Below are positions 1 through 13,760 of a stretch of DNA of 64,000 nucleotides, piece after piece. The stretch is taken from assembly GCA_021613535.1 (NCBI GenBank), contig CP075496.1, positions 14,694,001 through 14,758,000 of the forward strand, in the 5' to 3' direction. The DNA comes from Adineta vaga (lineage: Eukaryota > Animalia > Rotifera). The position numbers and the translations under genes are program-made. The notes under the pieces were generated by a model. It was not told where the DNA came from, ran no database searches, and saw nothing but the letters and a program-made list of their open reading frames with translations. How positions within the stretch are numbered: position 1 is the first letter of the stretch; the number at the start of each line of letters is the position of its first letter.

Positions 1-613
1 TCGAAGAGCTATGGCTGTTAAACGTTGATGTAAATAATCTCTTGATAAAGATTGTGGTGAGAGTTGATTTCTTTTTTGAATTTGAATACAATCAGAACAT
101 ATTTGTGGTCCAAGAACTGAACATGTTTCTTTTTCAATTGTATTTGTATTCGATGAATAAGCACGTTGACAACGTTGTTCTATTGTTGTTGTTGTTGTTG
201 TGAATGAAGTTCTTCGAGATGAATAATTATCTTTTAATAGAATTGTTGTTGTTAAGGAATTTGAACTATTTGAAATAAAATCTTCAGAATTTGGATTTGA
301 TGTTAAGAATGTTTTGAAAGATGTAGCTGAATTTCGATGATTGACAGGTAAAGATTTATTCTATTTATTGATTAAAACAAAAAAATTAAATTTTAAATTA
401 AAATAAAAAGAAGAATAAAAACACCTGTTTAGAGATTTGTTTTTCATTTGATTTTTTAGGTAAATGAAATGTTTTATATTTATCTTGTTTTTCCAAATTT
501 GTTTTTTGATTATTTTGAGAATTTTTTGTTAAAGATTTTAATCTTTGTAAGTACCATTTTGTATTAATGTCATTGATTTGAGTATTTTCTACATGAAGAT
601 CAGATTTGATCAT
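1..613 (-). CDS. Hypothetical protein, 5' part (runs off the window start); exons 613-425 and 360-<1
   Basis: ORF MIKSDLHV...EKQISKQ ends at a GT donor (424) and resumes in phase after an AG (361) as NKSLPVNHRN...CSVLGPQICSDC...TAIALR, open to the window edge. Confidence 0.6.
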
Positions 614-1126
614 GATGGAAATTTATATTTTGCTTAGAAATAAATGAAATACTGTTTTTTTCTTCTTTCAAACATATTCTTATTCGTTTAAGAGACTTTT
701 AAATAATGATTAGAAGAAGAGAAAAAAACAAATATTCCTTCGTTTTTAATGAGAAAGAAAAAGAAAACGTATCGAGTTTTGTTGCAAAGAAAAGTTGTTG
801 AAGGTCAAAAAAAATGAAAAAAGAATTTTGATTTTTCTCTCAATTAGAAATTGATCATTAAAAACGACGAAATTTCTTTTATGATTTCGTATAAAATAAC
901 ATTTAATTCTCCTCAGTTTCAATTTGAAATGCATAAAGTTTTATGCATTAATTTCATATATTTATTCAAAATGAGCTGGGTTAGATAAAAATCATCATTG
1001 GAGAATGTTTAGTTTATCTTTCTTTCGGTCAATTCATATATTGAATGAAATAGAAAAGAATAATATTGAGAAGAAATTCATTGATGCATAACGATTAACC
1101 TTTTTAATTCAATAAGAATAAAATTT

Positions 1127-2850
1127 TCAAATAAATTCAATAAAAACATGTCCACATTGAGTTGATTTAAAATCTTCTATTTGAATAAAATAATTTTTTT
1201 TATTAAAAAAATGTTTTTCAATAATTCGTGATAAAATTCCTTGTAAATTCATTTCATCTCGTTCTAAATAACAACCAACTTGAATTTGTTTTAAATAAAT
1301 TAATTGACTTTTTAATAATTCATCTAAAATATATATTATTGATATTGGACGAGATTTATGATGACATTGATTTGAAAGAAATGATCTTGTTGGTCCTTCA
1401 TTATCACTTTTTAATGTTTTTAAAATTAAATAATGAAGATTATGAAATGAATTTAATATTTCATGAAAATATTCTCGTTGAAATGAATAAATTGTTAATT
1501 TTCGAATTGATATTAAATCTGATGATGTTATTTGTTCAAGAAGTTTATTTAATAAAATTTGATTTAATATTAAATGATTTAAATTAGGTAATAAACGAAT
1601 AAATAACAATTGATTTCGACATGTTGAATCAAAAATAAGTGTTCGAATAGATTTTAAATAATAACGATGTTGACGAAATAATGGTGGTGGGGATATATAT
1701 TCAACATTTGATGATGAAAAACGTATAGATTTTAATAATGGAAATGATTCTTTTAAATAATTTAATAAATTTAATGTTATATTACAAGATAAATCAAGAT
1801 GTTTAATAGATTTCATTTGAAAATTTTCTTTTTCAATTGATTGAAAAAACAATTCATCAATACATTGATCAAGACGATGAAATTTTATTGGTAATGTAAA
1901 TAAATAATTCATATTTGTTTTCTCATTTCTATAAAAAGTAAATTTCCAATGAAAATTTTTAAATTCATCAATTGATTCAATTAATTTTTCACCATATGTT
2001 TGTAAAAAGTAATGAAATTCTTTTAATTTTGGTAAATTATTAAAAAAATTTAATTTTAAACGTTCAGAATTCATTTGTAAATTTAAACATCCAATTATAT
2101 AAAGTTTAAGTTTTTCTAAAGATTTGATTTGTTTAATTAAATATTCAATTTGATTATAATTAATTACAAAATAAACTAAACCATGATAAGAATTAATTTC
2201 ATAGGAAAAATTAATTAATTTTTTTGAAATATTTATTAATTGATTTGAACATGTTTCATCCGAACTAAAAATTTTAATTAGAAAAAAAAAGTTTTAAAAG
2301 ATTTATTTTACTTTGTTACTTCATAATTAATTTTAACATGAAATATTTCAATATTTGGTAAAGAATTTAATAAATCAATAAGATCAGAATGAGTTTTTAA
2401 ATGAATTGATATTTGTTTTAAATAAATACATTGAATAAATGATTTATCAAATGTTAATGATTGATTTTCAATTTTTAATATTTCTAAATTTTCAAATAAA
2501 TATTGTTCATTAGATTTTATATGATAATTAGTTTGAAAATTTAAATATAAAGATTTTAATGAATTCTTTTTTGGAAATTTTATTAATTTTAATTGTTTAT
2601 CTGTTAATTGAATTGATTTTAATTTTGAAATTAAATCTTTTTGTAAACAATAATATTGAAAAACATTTGAATTTAATTTTATTAAATTTATTCGATTTAT
2701 TTTCAAATTTAAATATATTTTTAATAAAATATTTATTCGTTTATTTAAATTAATAAATGAATAAAGTAAATCAATTGGATTTAAATAATCAAATAATAAT
2801 AAATATAATTCATTTGGTATTAAATCAAATCTATTCACTAATAGAGACAT
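1127..2850 (-). CDS. F-box/LRR-like protein, two exons (2850-2312, 2264-1127)
   Basis: N-terminal F-box-like FDLIPNELYLLLFDYL...LLYSFINLNKRIN; repeated LxxLxL motifs; a 47-nt GT-AG intron (2265-2311) joins the two track ORFs. Confidence 0.8.
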
Positions 2851-3372
2851 ATTCTGCTTTTTTCTTTCTTTCTTTGCAATAAATCTATCGATCGTTCGAT
2901 TTTCAATTTATTTTATTTTCAACTTTGGAATTGTTGCTTAGTTATTCTATCGAAGAAAAATAAATTCGTTTTTCTTCAATATAGATGTCATTAGTTAATA
3001 CTTTTTATAAAAAATCTTTCGAAATAGTGCCATATCGAAGGCCTGGCGGCGTTTAACTACTGGGAACATTTTTTTAAATTATATTATGGTAGAAGTTACG
3101 CAAGACTGTAAAAGGGTGGGTGTGGATGTACATGAGACTATTTTCCTACTTGAGAAAGTGAAAGATTGCAAACTGATTTTGAATTATTAGAAAATTATCA
3201 AGAGTACAATGCATAGATTTTATAAATGATGTAAGACGTCTCCAGGCCACCTACTAAATCCTAGATACGTCGTCACTATTCGTAAAGAACCGAACGAAAA
3301 AAGAATCATAATTAAAAAAATGAAAATATTTAATTTGATTAAACTAGAAGTTTTTTGAAAATAATTAAAATG

Positions 3373-5352
3373 TTAAATTGTACAATAACGTAAATTACAA
3401 ACAGGTGGTGCACTAAGATAATAAACATAAAATCCATTACAATTTGTAACTTGAATTGAATTTGACCAATTACATGTATTTCCACTCCAATTATAACAAA
3501 CAGTTCCAGATGTTGTTGATCCAGCAGTTGATGGATGAATTCCACTATACCAACCAGATGCTTGTGTACTACAACGATTTATAACAACAGAACAACTTGC
3601 AAGCACTGTTCCACTTGCGCCTGAAAATCGATACCAACCAGTAACTGATAATGGACCTGATTGATCACAGCTTGAACCGGCAACTGTATAACCAGCATTT
3701 CGTGTATTATCATTTATTACTGTTGCTGTTGAACATTGAGATGGTAGTGAACTTGATGTTACTGTTGTTGTTATAGCTGTCGTTGAACAAACCGTTGTTC
3801 CAAGTGTTGCTTTTTTAGGGAAAAAAGAAAATTTTTATAAAAATAAAATAAATGCGGAAACTTCGGATTTTATCCGCGAGTTATGTGTACTGCAAAAAGC
3901 GTATGGGAGAGATGAACCATTCTAGAATGTCTACGCATCAAAATTACCACGAGAGATTTTTCGATGAGCAAGATTTTTCATGTTGAGTTATGAATGAATT
4001 TTTGTATTGGAATCTATCGAAATAACGGTCATATGCAACCTCATGAATCTATAAAAGATCTATGATAGATACACATATCAGCATTTTCATAATAGATCAT
4101 TAATATCAATAGGTTTGGAGATCAGGTTTTTCTCTTTTGATAGTCGTTCCGACTAGCTACAAAACCAAGCATTTGGGAAACTCCCAAACTACAGATCATA
4201 TGAAACGTATTTAGGCAATTCGGTGTTTAAATACAGCTTGTGCGCATTTTGAGACCTTTTTTAAGCATTTTTTCATTAGTACACTACGATTTGACTCAAA
4301 ATCAATATCAGATTCGGAATCAGCGTTAAAAACTGAGTCGATTCATACATGTTTTAAATAATTTTGAGAGAAAATGTTTTTTCAGAAAAACCCTGTATCC
4401 CCCTCAGGGATGGTCTGGTCAAAAATGACAATTTTTTTCGATAACTCAGCCATTTCTTGAGAGATCATTCTCATCTTCGAACTCAACCGAGATATTGATG
4501 ATACAATTATGTGCACAAAGTTTCAGCTCAATCGAATGTAGTTGTGAAGAGTTATTGGATAAACGGACGAACATACAGACCGATTATAGTAGTGTACTCA
4601 CTTTTTGAGTACACTAAAAAGAAAAGAAAATGAGTTTTTATCTTTACTTGATGCTGATGTTGTTGAGGTGCTTGTTGTACTCGAGGTACTGGATGTGCTC
4701 GTAGTTCTTGTTGTGCTTGTGGTACTTGTTGTGCTTGTGGTACTTGATGTGCTCGTAGTACTTGTTGTGCTCGTGGTACTTGTTGTGCTCGTAGTAGCTG
4801 TTGTACTTGTAGTACTTGTTGTCGTTGTCGTTGTCGTTGTTGATTCTGAGTAATAAATTAGGAAAAATAAAACAAATGAGTTTTTGAGATAAAAATTCTT
4901 ACTCATAAATACGTTTAATGTTAAAAATGGAAGAGCAATGGCTACTCCTAAGAGAATACAACAAATAAAACCAAAGAGAATTTTCCACCAACGACGTTGA
5001 CAACTTTGAAATAAACAAATAAAAAATAAGATTTTTAAAAGACAAAAGATTTTAGAAAGAATACAATGATTTTGGTGAATCTTCTAACATTTGATTGGTT
5101 TGAAAATTAATTTGAGTTGGTGATTTGAATACTCGTTGAAGTTCTTCATCATGATCATTATCAATTTCTTGAATTGGATTCGATCTTTGAAATGAATTTG
5201 GTTGAGAATTTCGAATTTGTTGTTGAACTATCGGATGCTTTTGATAAATAGAAAAAAGAGATTTAATAAAAAGAAAAACAAAGAAGATATTAAATAAATA
5301 CATTAAGATAAACGAATTGTGGTTCAGGATAAATTGGATATCGATAATCCAT
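3373..5352 (-). CDS. Type II membrane protein with Thr/Ser mucin-like stalk and C-terminal uromodulin/GP2/OIT3-type D8C Cys-rich domain (5 exons)
   Basis: Start MDYRYPIYPEPQ at 5352; TM segment WWKILFGFICCILLGVAIALPF; poly-T/S exon ~4850-4648; last exon CDQ...GWYRFSG...CSTQASGW...VCYNW...IQVTNCNGFYVYYL...CNLRYC. Confidence 0.8.
3851..4619 (-). mobile_element. DINE-1/HINE-like non-autonomous Helentron-type element in an intron
   Basis: Perfect 11-bp hairpin TAGTGTACTCA-CTTTT-TGAGTACACTA (4590-4616) next to a GTCT/GTCC-like microsatellite; stem-loop GCGGA...TCCGC at the other end; A-tract flanks. Confidence 0.55.
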
Positions 5353-5799
5353 TTCTTTTCAAGAAAATCTTTATCAACTGAATTCTTTTTAAGTAAAAAA
5401 CAAATGGATAAAAAGACTTGTTCTTTCTTTCAAGAGAAAAAAGAATAGCAATCGAAAAGATAAATAAAATCGTTTTAAATTCTTCAAATCTTAATTGAGA
5501 ATGTAAAAACAACGAATGTTATTTTATTTCACGTTTTCTCATCATTTGATTAAAACGCTTTCAGTGCACAAAACTCCTCCCTTTTTTTTTCAACTCATCT
5601 TTAATGAAATTCATTCGTCATTTCTCTAATATATATCATACTGAACTTTTAGTCATAAAAAAAGAACGTAAATTCATCGAAGAAAAGATATGTTCATGAT
5701 ATGATTTTATCTAAATCTTAACAAAGATAAATAAGTAACGAAAAAAATGATCAATTTTTTTTCTATGTCAAATCAAAGTTTCGAGATAAGTTATTTATA

Positions 5800-5990
5800 A
5801 TATATAGTGAAACATTATTTGCACTTTGTAATGCTTGTTATATTGTTATTGTTGCTGAAAAGAAAAGTTATTAAAAATGTTTATCATGTAAAGATTTTGT
5901 TGTTTGTGCCCAATGTTTACCATTAACAAAAACGAAACATTCGTTAGAACATAAATTCTCCTCCCAAAAAAAGAATTCCAAATCAATTAA
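5800..5990 (+). pseudogene. Decayed partial copy of the 5' part of the ZZ-finger gene at 7293
   Basis: Near-identical to ~7315-7500 (tgtttatcatgtaaagattttgttgtttgtgcccaatgtttaccattaac) with a TAT>TAA stop and indels. Confidence 0.85.
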
Positions 5991-7292
5991 TAAAAAGAAT
6001 TTGATTTTGTTAAGCTAATAGGATATTTATATTTCGAATAATAGATGATTCTCTTCGATATTATCGACTATTTCAACATATCATATCGTTCTTCAACAAA
6101 GATACAGTATTGAATGCAGCTTTTTAATATCGATATTATTTAACGAATTATTAAGTATTATTCACACATAGATGGTGTCGTATCGTCTCTTACCAACGAT
6201 GGATAATAAAACATTACTTTTTATGAATATGATTATTTTCTTTATCTAATAATACAACAAGATTGAACAGAATAATTCTATATATCAAACTTTCTTATGA
6301 ACAAAAACATTTGTCAATTAAAACTTGACGAATTCAAAGTTATTTATGTTCAATTGAATATCATAAACGCTCATGAAATATAAAGCGTTACAATAGGATT
6401 TATTTGTCTTATAAATTCTCGGATCAAAAGATTAGAAAGTTAATCTGTATAAGAACTGCTTTATATTATTGATAAATACAAACCCATTCATTAAAATACA
6501 TTGTTTCGATATACAATCTTATTTACGAGAATAAAACAAATCGTTTCATGTTTCTTATTTATTAAACAACAAATATGATATTTTATCATTGAATATATCA
6601 TTCATTTTATTGATTTCTTTGTATTATGGTAATATGATTTATTTTCTTTAGAACAATTATAAAACCTTAAGAATAAGCCAATTAGAAATAAAATGAATGA
6701 TATTTATCATAATCTAATTATTTACGAAATTAATTTTAGTATTTACAATATTATTTTCCATTAAAGATTTGATTTCGTTTTACTTTCAATTAAGAATGTT
6801 AAAAAGAAAAATAGTTTACTTATTTAATCCTAATTATATTTAAATAAGATATTGTCAAAAATCAGATACGATTTCTTATTCTGTTTCTTAATTCATTTTC
6901 TAAAATATATTAAAGATTGAAATGGATAATTTCATCTTACAGTTGATCAAATTAAATCATAACAAATAATATTTATACATTCGATCAAATATCTGTTCTG
7001 TTCACCTACACGTTATCCTTGTAGTCTTTTTTGATGTTTTCATATAACATAATTTGAATGTTATGTTTCATTAATTAATATCGATACTATTTACGTGACA
7101 ACAAATTAATATGCATAACACACATAGAAGATTTTATCTTCAGTTAAAAATAAATATTAATAGTTCCATATAATTTATCAATGAGAAAAATTTGTTTTTT
7201 CTCTTTTTTAATATAAGTTCAAAAATCGAGGTAAGAAAAGTAACTCTTGTTTGTTTTAAATAGATCATAATTTAGAAAAGTAAAAAATAGCG

Positions 7293-8060
7293 ATGTCAAT
7301 ATTAGACGATGAAAAATATAGTCAAACATTATTTGCTTTTTGTGATATTTGTTATATTGTTATTGATGCTGAAAAAGAAAGTTATTATAAATGTTTATCA
7401 TGTAAAGATTTTGTTGTTTGTGCCCAATGTTTACCATTAACAAAAACGAAACATTCGTTAGAACATAAATTTTCCTCCCGAAAAGGAATTCCAAATCAAT
7501 TTTTATGGATTGAAAAAAATGTTGGAATAACATGTGATCGATGTTTTCGTCGAGATTTTCCAGGTCGTCTTTATCACTGTACAACATGTAATGAATTTAA
7601 TGTTTGTGAAAAATGTTTTCCATATGTTTCTTTATGTCATCATTTAAAATTAAAACCAAATACAATGAAAGCAAAATTAAATCATAAATTAATGATTCGA
7701 CGTGCTGTTGCTGCATTAACAAATCCTGATTCACCTTTTTATGGACAACCATTTGATGTTGTTATTGATTGGCCATTAACTGCAACACGTCATTCAGTTA
7801 ATGAACAAGAAAATAAGCTTATTTTTCAAGATGTTTTACATTTACAAGGACAATTAAAAAATTCTGATTTTAGTGAAAAAATGCGAAAGAAAATTCATCA
7901 AGATAATATTCAAGAGAAAAATTGCAAATCAAAATCTAATAATCAACGAATTAAAGATACAAATTTGCAAAAAGAACAACTTAGAAAACGACGTTTACAA
8001 GATTATCAACAAAGACAACATTTACTTAAAGATGTTGAGATTATTACTGGAACTGGATAA
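7293..8060 (+). CDS. Protein with two ZZ-type zinc fingers and a coiled-coil-like C-terminus
   Basis: CDIC...YKCLSCKDFVVCAQC...H and ITCDRC...GRLYHCTTCNEFNVCEKC...HH motifs in a 255-aa ORF. Confidence 0.85.
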   Translation: MSILDDEKYSQTLFAFCDICYIVIDAEKESYYKCLSCKDFVVCAQCLPLTKTKHSLEHKFSSRKGIPNQFLWIEKNVGITCDRCFRRDFPGRLYHCTTCNEFNVCEKCFPYVSLCHHLKLKPNTMKAKLNHKLMIRRAVAALTNPDSPFYGQPFDVVIDWPLTATRHSVNEQENKLIFQDVLHLQGQLKNSDFSEKMRKKIHQDNIQEKNCKSKSNNQRIKDTNLQKEQLRKRRLQDYQQRQHLLKDVEIITGTG

Positions 8061-8957
8061 TTTGTTTTTCAATTGTAAATTAATCGTTTTATTTTTCAAA
8101 AATTTTTAAACAAATATTTTTACAAAAATATTTTGTCAATCAAATATTATTATTTATGAAATATATTTTTTCATTACAGTTTTTTTTTAAAAGATAATTC
8201 ATTCAAAAATATCTTCAGTTTCTCAATCAAAATAAACTATACACAAATTATAATGAAATAGTTTCATCGTTTTTACTTTTGTTTTCAATAAATTCTTCTC
8301 AATTTTTATATTTCTTACTAATAATCAAGTGGATTGAAAATGTCCATGTGATTAATACAATGTAAGACAATTAATTATTATTTGTCAAATTTCAATTGTT
8401 AATTATTTATTAATATATTAAATTAAGATAAAAATATCATCTTTATAATATCGATATTATTAAAATGATTATTATGGAAGAAAGAAGTTTTTCCTTAGAT
8501 TTGTTTTTAAAAATAATATTCATTTTTCCTTCTGAATTTATCTTTTATGATGGTGTAATAATTGTTATATAGTTGTATTTGAAAAGTTTTATTAAACATC
8601 TTTTTCCTAATAATCATTCTTTTATTTCGTCTTCTTTGAAATCTATTTGTTTTTTCCTTTGAGAAAATTGTTGGGTGAGTATAGGCGCGTTGCCTATCCA
8701 TATCGTACATTGATCATGCCATTGAATAGGCAACTCACATACTATTTTTCTGTCATTATTTCTAACAGATAATATGAAAACTTTATACGAAATCGATATA
8801 CACAAACTATATTAACAAATAGAAAAATATGAGTTGCAAATGGTAAAAATAATGCTAATAATTTATACAAGTATTTGAATAAAACAATATTAATTAGTTA
8901 TGGTTATGTTAAATTATTTCAATTGAAATGAAAAGAGAAAAAAAGAAAAAGTGAAAA

Positions 8958-9650
8958 TTAATTTCTAATTTTATTAATTCGAAGATCATGATCTAAAGAA
9001 GTAAGATGACGTTGTTCAGGTAATTGATTATCATTTTGTTGATTAAAATTTGGTGATGCTTGTCGATTAATTAAATCAAAAGTCATATAAGATATTTCAA
9101 TAATACTTAAAAGAAAATAATTAAAAATATTTTCTAAACGAATTAAACGATTTTGTTGATTACATTGATTATTTGTTGTTGTATCACGTTCAAAATAAAT
9201 AATCATAACAAGTATATGAAGTGATAAAATAAGAATTAAAAATAATTGTAATAATGAATAATATGTTATTTTAATATTTGAACGAATTTGTATATTTTCC
9301 CATCGACGTATAAGAAGAATAAATAAACAAATATAAAATAAAACAATTATTGATATAAATATTAAATCAAGAATTTTTAAAAAACGTAATTGTTTATTTT
9401 CATAAATACAATAATTTATATTTGAAAAACATGAATAACCTTTTGATGATGCTTGATAAACAACAGGAATTTCATTATATGCATTATAAACATGTAATTC
9501 AGGTGAAAACATATGAAGACTATTAAAGATTAATGAACCAACTTCAACACAAAATAAAATAAAAATAAATTTTGGATCTAATGTATGATGACGATTTAAT
9601 GGAAGATTTATTTGAATACTTTTAAACATTTTTTTCAAATTTTCATTTAT
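8958..9650 (-). CDS. Multi-pass membrane protein of unknown function (probably has an upstream exon)
   Basis: 226-aa ORF with about 4 hydrophobic segments, preceded by a polypyrimidine-AG acceptor at ~9651. Confidence 0.65.
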   Translation of the reverse strand: MNENLKKMFKSIQINLPLNRHHTLDPKFIFILFCVEVGSLIFNSLHMFSPELHVYNAYNEIPVVYQASSKGYSCFSNINYCIYENKQLRFLKILDLIFISIIVLFYICLFILLIRRWENIQIRSNIKITYYSLLQLFLILILSLHILVMIIYFERDTTTNNQCNQQNRLIRLENIFNYFLLSIIEISYMTFDLINRQASPNFNQQNDNQLPEQRHLTSLDHDLRINKIRN

Positions 9651-10240
9651 CTAAAAAAGAAAAAGAAGAAAATATTTCCTTTGTTTTTATTTAAAATCAT
9701 AAGACATAACATTGATTTTGTTCTTTGTTATTGAAATATTAAATAGAAAAGAAGAAAGACATGAAGTGTGAAGAGAAGAAATAAGTCTAGTCAAAATAAT
9801 ATGCCATTCATATTTGTTCCTTTTTCATTATCGAAATTAGATGTGTTTTTTTTTTCATCGTTCTCTCATTTTGTATTTATTCATGTGGAAAGATTTCTTC
9901 GTACCTTTTTCTTTTCTTCACAGAGAAGATTCAAACAAAAATCAAATGTCTATTTCTACTAATTTCTTTTCTCATTGATATTTATCAAGGACTTTTTATA
10001 GACGAACATACAAAATAAAACAAAAAAGATGATTTTTAATGATGGAATTAAGATTTCATTTGTCGATATATGAAGAATTTGTGTATTTAAATATAATCTA
10101 CTTGAATGGTTTCTAATTTGATTTTTTTTTGTGAAAGAAAAAATGTAATTGAGTTCATTTTTTAAAAGAGAAAAATATTATATTTTGTAATCATTACTGA
10201 TTTTGTTGGATAGTTGCAAATTGTGTTATAAATATTTATA

Positions 10241-11294
10241 ATGGTTAAAGTCATTTGTATTAATGAAATTGATTCAAATGAGAAATTCAAAAGGGTAATT
10301 TATTCAAAAGAATTTTTAAAATATATAAATTTAATATTTCAATTATAGAATCAATTAAATAATAAAGAAAGAAAATTATGTAAAAATATATTTAAATGTG
10401 TTGTATTTTTATGGTTAAAACTACGTTATTGTTGTCTAATATGTTTAGTTCTTATATTTTTTGGAGGAATTATTTCTATGATTGTTCTTCTTTCTAAAAA
10501 TAATTCTTCAAGTACAAATATTGTTATTCCTATTACAACTTCTTCTACTGTTACAATATCACCAATAATCATAACTACATATTCAACGTTTTCAACAACG
10601 ACAACTACAATAAATAATTGTATTTGATTTCTCAAATCATTTTAAAACTATTAAAGATTATTTATTATATTTAGCATCACGATCTAATTGGTTGATAAAT
10701 GGTGATGCTGAAACTGGACCATGTGAAACAGGTAATAGTGTTACACATCCAACAGGATGGTTTTATAATGGAACAATAACACAAGTATATTATAATAATA
10801 GTTATGCTGATCTGTTTTATACAGATCCAGGACCAAAGTAAAATATAGAGATATATATATATATTTATCAATTGCTTATATTTTCTTTCGATAGTGATCG
10901 TGGTCAATGTTACTTTTATGGTGAAAAACCAACATCAGTCACTTCTATGTGGCAATATGTCAATATGACCAGTTCAATCGATCCTATTTTAATTGATAAT
11001 CAAACTATTTATTTCAATTTTTCCGCATGGATTGGTGGTTATAGTTCTCAAGCTGATCATGCACAAGTATCATTAATATTTATCAATCAAATCAATCAAA
11101 AGATAGGTAGTACTGTTATCCTTGGTCCAGTCACAAATACACATCGTTTAAGTATAACTTCATTACTTTTTCGACAAGCTAATGGATTAGTTCCTATCGG
11201 TGCTCGTTCTTGTCTCGTAACAGTTACAATTACTCGTGTATATGGACCGACAGCAGATGGTGATGTCGATAATATAGTACTTTATCTATATTAA
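10241..11294 (+). CDS. Type II membrane protein with Thr-rich stalk and a putative carbohydrate-binding beta-sandwich domain (4 exons)
   Basis: Exons 10241-10294, 10349-10619, 10675-~10837, ~10895-11294 splice in frame; TM CCLICLVLIFFGGIISMIVLL; ectodomain LINGDAETGPC...FSAWIGGYSSQAD...DGDVDNIVL. Confidence 0.75.
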
Positions 11295-12357
11295 TAAATA
11301 TGTATTATTATAATACATAAAAGCACAAAAATCAGTCAGATGATGACTGAATTTGGAAACTACAAAACTAGAGTTCGAACAATACAACAGAATTCGGTCT
11401 CTTCTAAAAAGACTATCATTACATCACACCCTTGTTTTTAAAGATGATTTTGTAAAATCTATGTACATCGTTTTGACAGTAGATGAAGATACAATTTTCA
11501 ACTGATTATTCAGTTTCGAAAGAAGTTTAAACCAAATTCTATATGTTGACTATATGAAAATAGTACGAAAAGATTGATCTGACTACGTATTTATATGTTT
11601 AATATTTTTCTTTTCATATCGATTCTACATCGTAACATATAGAAAGGAAAAATATTTACGAAGGTTACTTACCACTTTTTTGCTTAGGCAGTCATGCTTC
11701 ATCGATTTTTCTCTTTTCTCTATCATCATGGTCAAATATAAACGTTCGTAAGTTAAAAGTATTTTTTGTTAAGCATTATTTCGTCTCATCGCCACAAATA
11801 ATATATACGGAAGTGTAAGTAAATCCTTGATGTAGATATCAGTGCAATATGTATTATTTTTCACTTTTTATTTAGTTGAAGAAGCGACCTGATGTTATTC
11901 TTTTGCCATCAACTTACGAATACGTTTTGTATCATTTTCATTTGATTTTACCTTTTTTGGCACCATAGTTCCGTAGAATTTCTTCTTCATATGTTTGCGA
12001 AATACAATCAATCACAAATATTTATACGAACCGAAAACTATGCCTGATTTCAATTTAAACACCTCACCTCTCTGGTAAATCTTCAATTTTTTCGCATAAG
12101 AAACTGATCATCTCATGGTTTGGTGTGCGAAATAGGACGTTAATTGCATCGAAATCAATATATAAAAGAAGGTTTGAATTACAAATGTATATTATCTTTC
12201 TTACAGATGGTATGTGAAGATAATCTTTGGAGAAACTTCTTATTGATCACATCAGACGCGAACATATAATATCATGTTTTGTTTTTTAAATTATTTCTTT
12301 TTGTAATTTTTGTTGACTCTTTCATATTCCGTAGAATATCTGCGATAGAATTAGAGA

Positions 12358-12498
12358 AGTCACCGCATCAGTCTGCGGTGCGGACACCATAGTGTCGGCA
12401 AATAAGTCACCGTAACAGCCAACGGTGCGGACACCATTGTGTCGGCAAGTCAATAACCGTCACAGCCAACGGTTCCGGCACCATTGTGTCGGAGAGTC
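12358..12498. repeat. Three ~47-bp GC-rich tandem units, each with two small hairpins
   Basis: CACCG-N10-CGGTG followed by GACAC-CAT(A/T)-GTGTC repeated three times. Confidence 0.8.
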
Positions 12499-13399
12499 AG
12501 TCGTTTTAAAAGGTACCAGTCAGAATATTATCAAAGCATATCAATGTACCAGCATTAGATTCATCTGAGAGACTAATAATTGTTTATATAAGAATGTAAG
12601 AGTATACTCGTATCGTGATACAATTTGATCAGATGTATCGCTGTTAATGATGACTGGACAATTAAATGATCAATCCAAAGTGGACGTATTGGTAAGTAAC
12701 TTTATATTTGTAACAATCGATTGAATTGAAGTATATGATATAATAACTGTAACATAAGTTATTCTAAACACGGTAAACTACTTGAAACTTGATTGCTCAT
12801 GTTACCCAAACTTCTTTCGCAATAAGTTGAAACTCCAAAGCTTTCAAACTTACTTTTATGAAGAAAATCAAGAAATACCTTGAGTGCTTTAGATGTTGAT
12901 AAGTTACCTGTCTAATTTGCTACGGATGATTTTTGACATGACGAATTGTACTAAATTTAACGTTTATTTTCTACAATTATGGCAGAAAGTACTCTATCTT
13001 AACTTTATGTAGCTGGAAAGGCTTCTAAAATAGATAGTGAAAACTCTGGTTCGAAAACTAGCATCATCGCGTCACATTGATAAAATCGATTTTTCATAAG
13101 TATTCCGAAAACTGGATTTAGCTATAAACATATCGAGATGTGAGCTGCAAAATATCAAATGAATGTCTCTTTTGATGTATCCTTAATTCGCAGAAAAATA
13201 GCAAAGAAGCATAGCACTATCAGAATTTTTTCGTTTTTTCATCATCGTGTTATAACATGTATTTCATCAATAACTTTCAAATGGTGCATTCAAATGAGCT
13301 GATGTTTTTAGGACTTATAGATGACTATGAGGTATATATTCTAGCAAAAAAAAGAAAATTTTTAAACTCACTAGTCTATGAGAAAAGATGCGTACCCTC

Positions 13400-13760
13400 C
13401 GCCAAAACTTCATTGCATCACGCGCGTTTAAGCCGATATGTACACTATTTACAGTACTCCTAACCGATATATTGACTGTAATGGCGAATGATAGAGGAAC
13501 GGGAAACTGATACCTGCACAACTTAAAAGGCAAACATGTGTCTGAGGGTGTTAAACTAATTCTTGGTATGAGAATTCGGTTTTCTTTGTTCGATCACGTC
13601 ACAACTTTACAACCGATAGTGTGATTACGTAGTTGTCTCACAATAAGTCGAGTTCCACTGCAGAGTCCTTGATGAAAATTTCCTACAAGAATCATTATTT
13701 TCTCTCCAAAAGATACATTTACGTTGATTAGGTCTCTTAGTAGTATATCAACGGCCTTCA
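13400..13760 (-). mobile_element. Helitron PIF1-like helicase C-terminal remnant
   Basis: GLCSGTRLIV...ILIPRISLTPSD.LPFKLCRYQFPVPLSFAITVN matches the Helitron helicase GLCNGTRL/RRQFPVRLAFAMTINK motifs; contains stops. Confidence 0.75.

Noticed and set aside
1228-1587. 119-aa plus-strand ORF and similar short ORFs overlapping real genes
   Set aside because: Antisense or alternate-frame shadows in AT-rich coding DNA
3040-3248. Possible MITE with GGCCTGG termini
   Set aside because: Short imperfect TIR and no TSD found
4605-4853. Val/Leu-rich plus-strand ORF
   Set aside because: Antisense shadow of the Thr/Ser repeat exon of the D8C-domain gene
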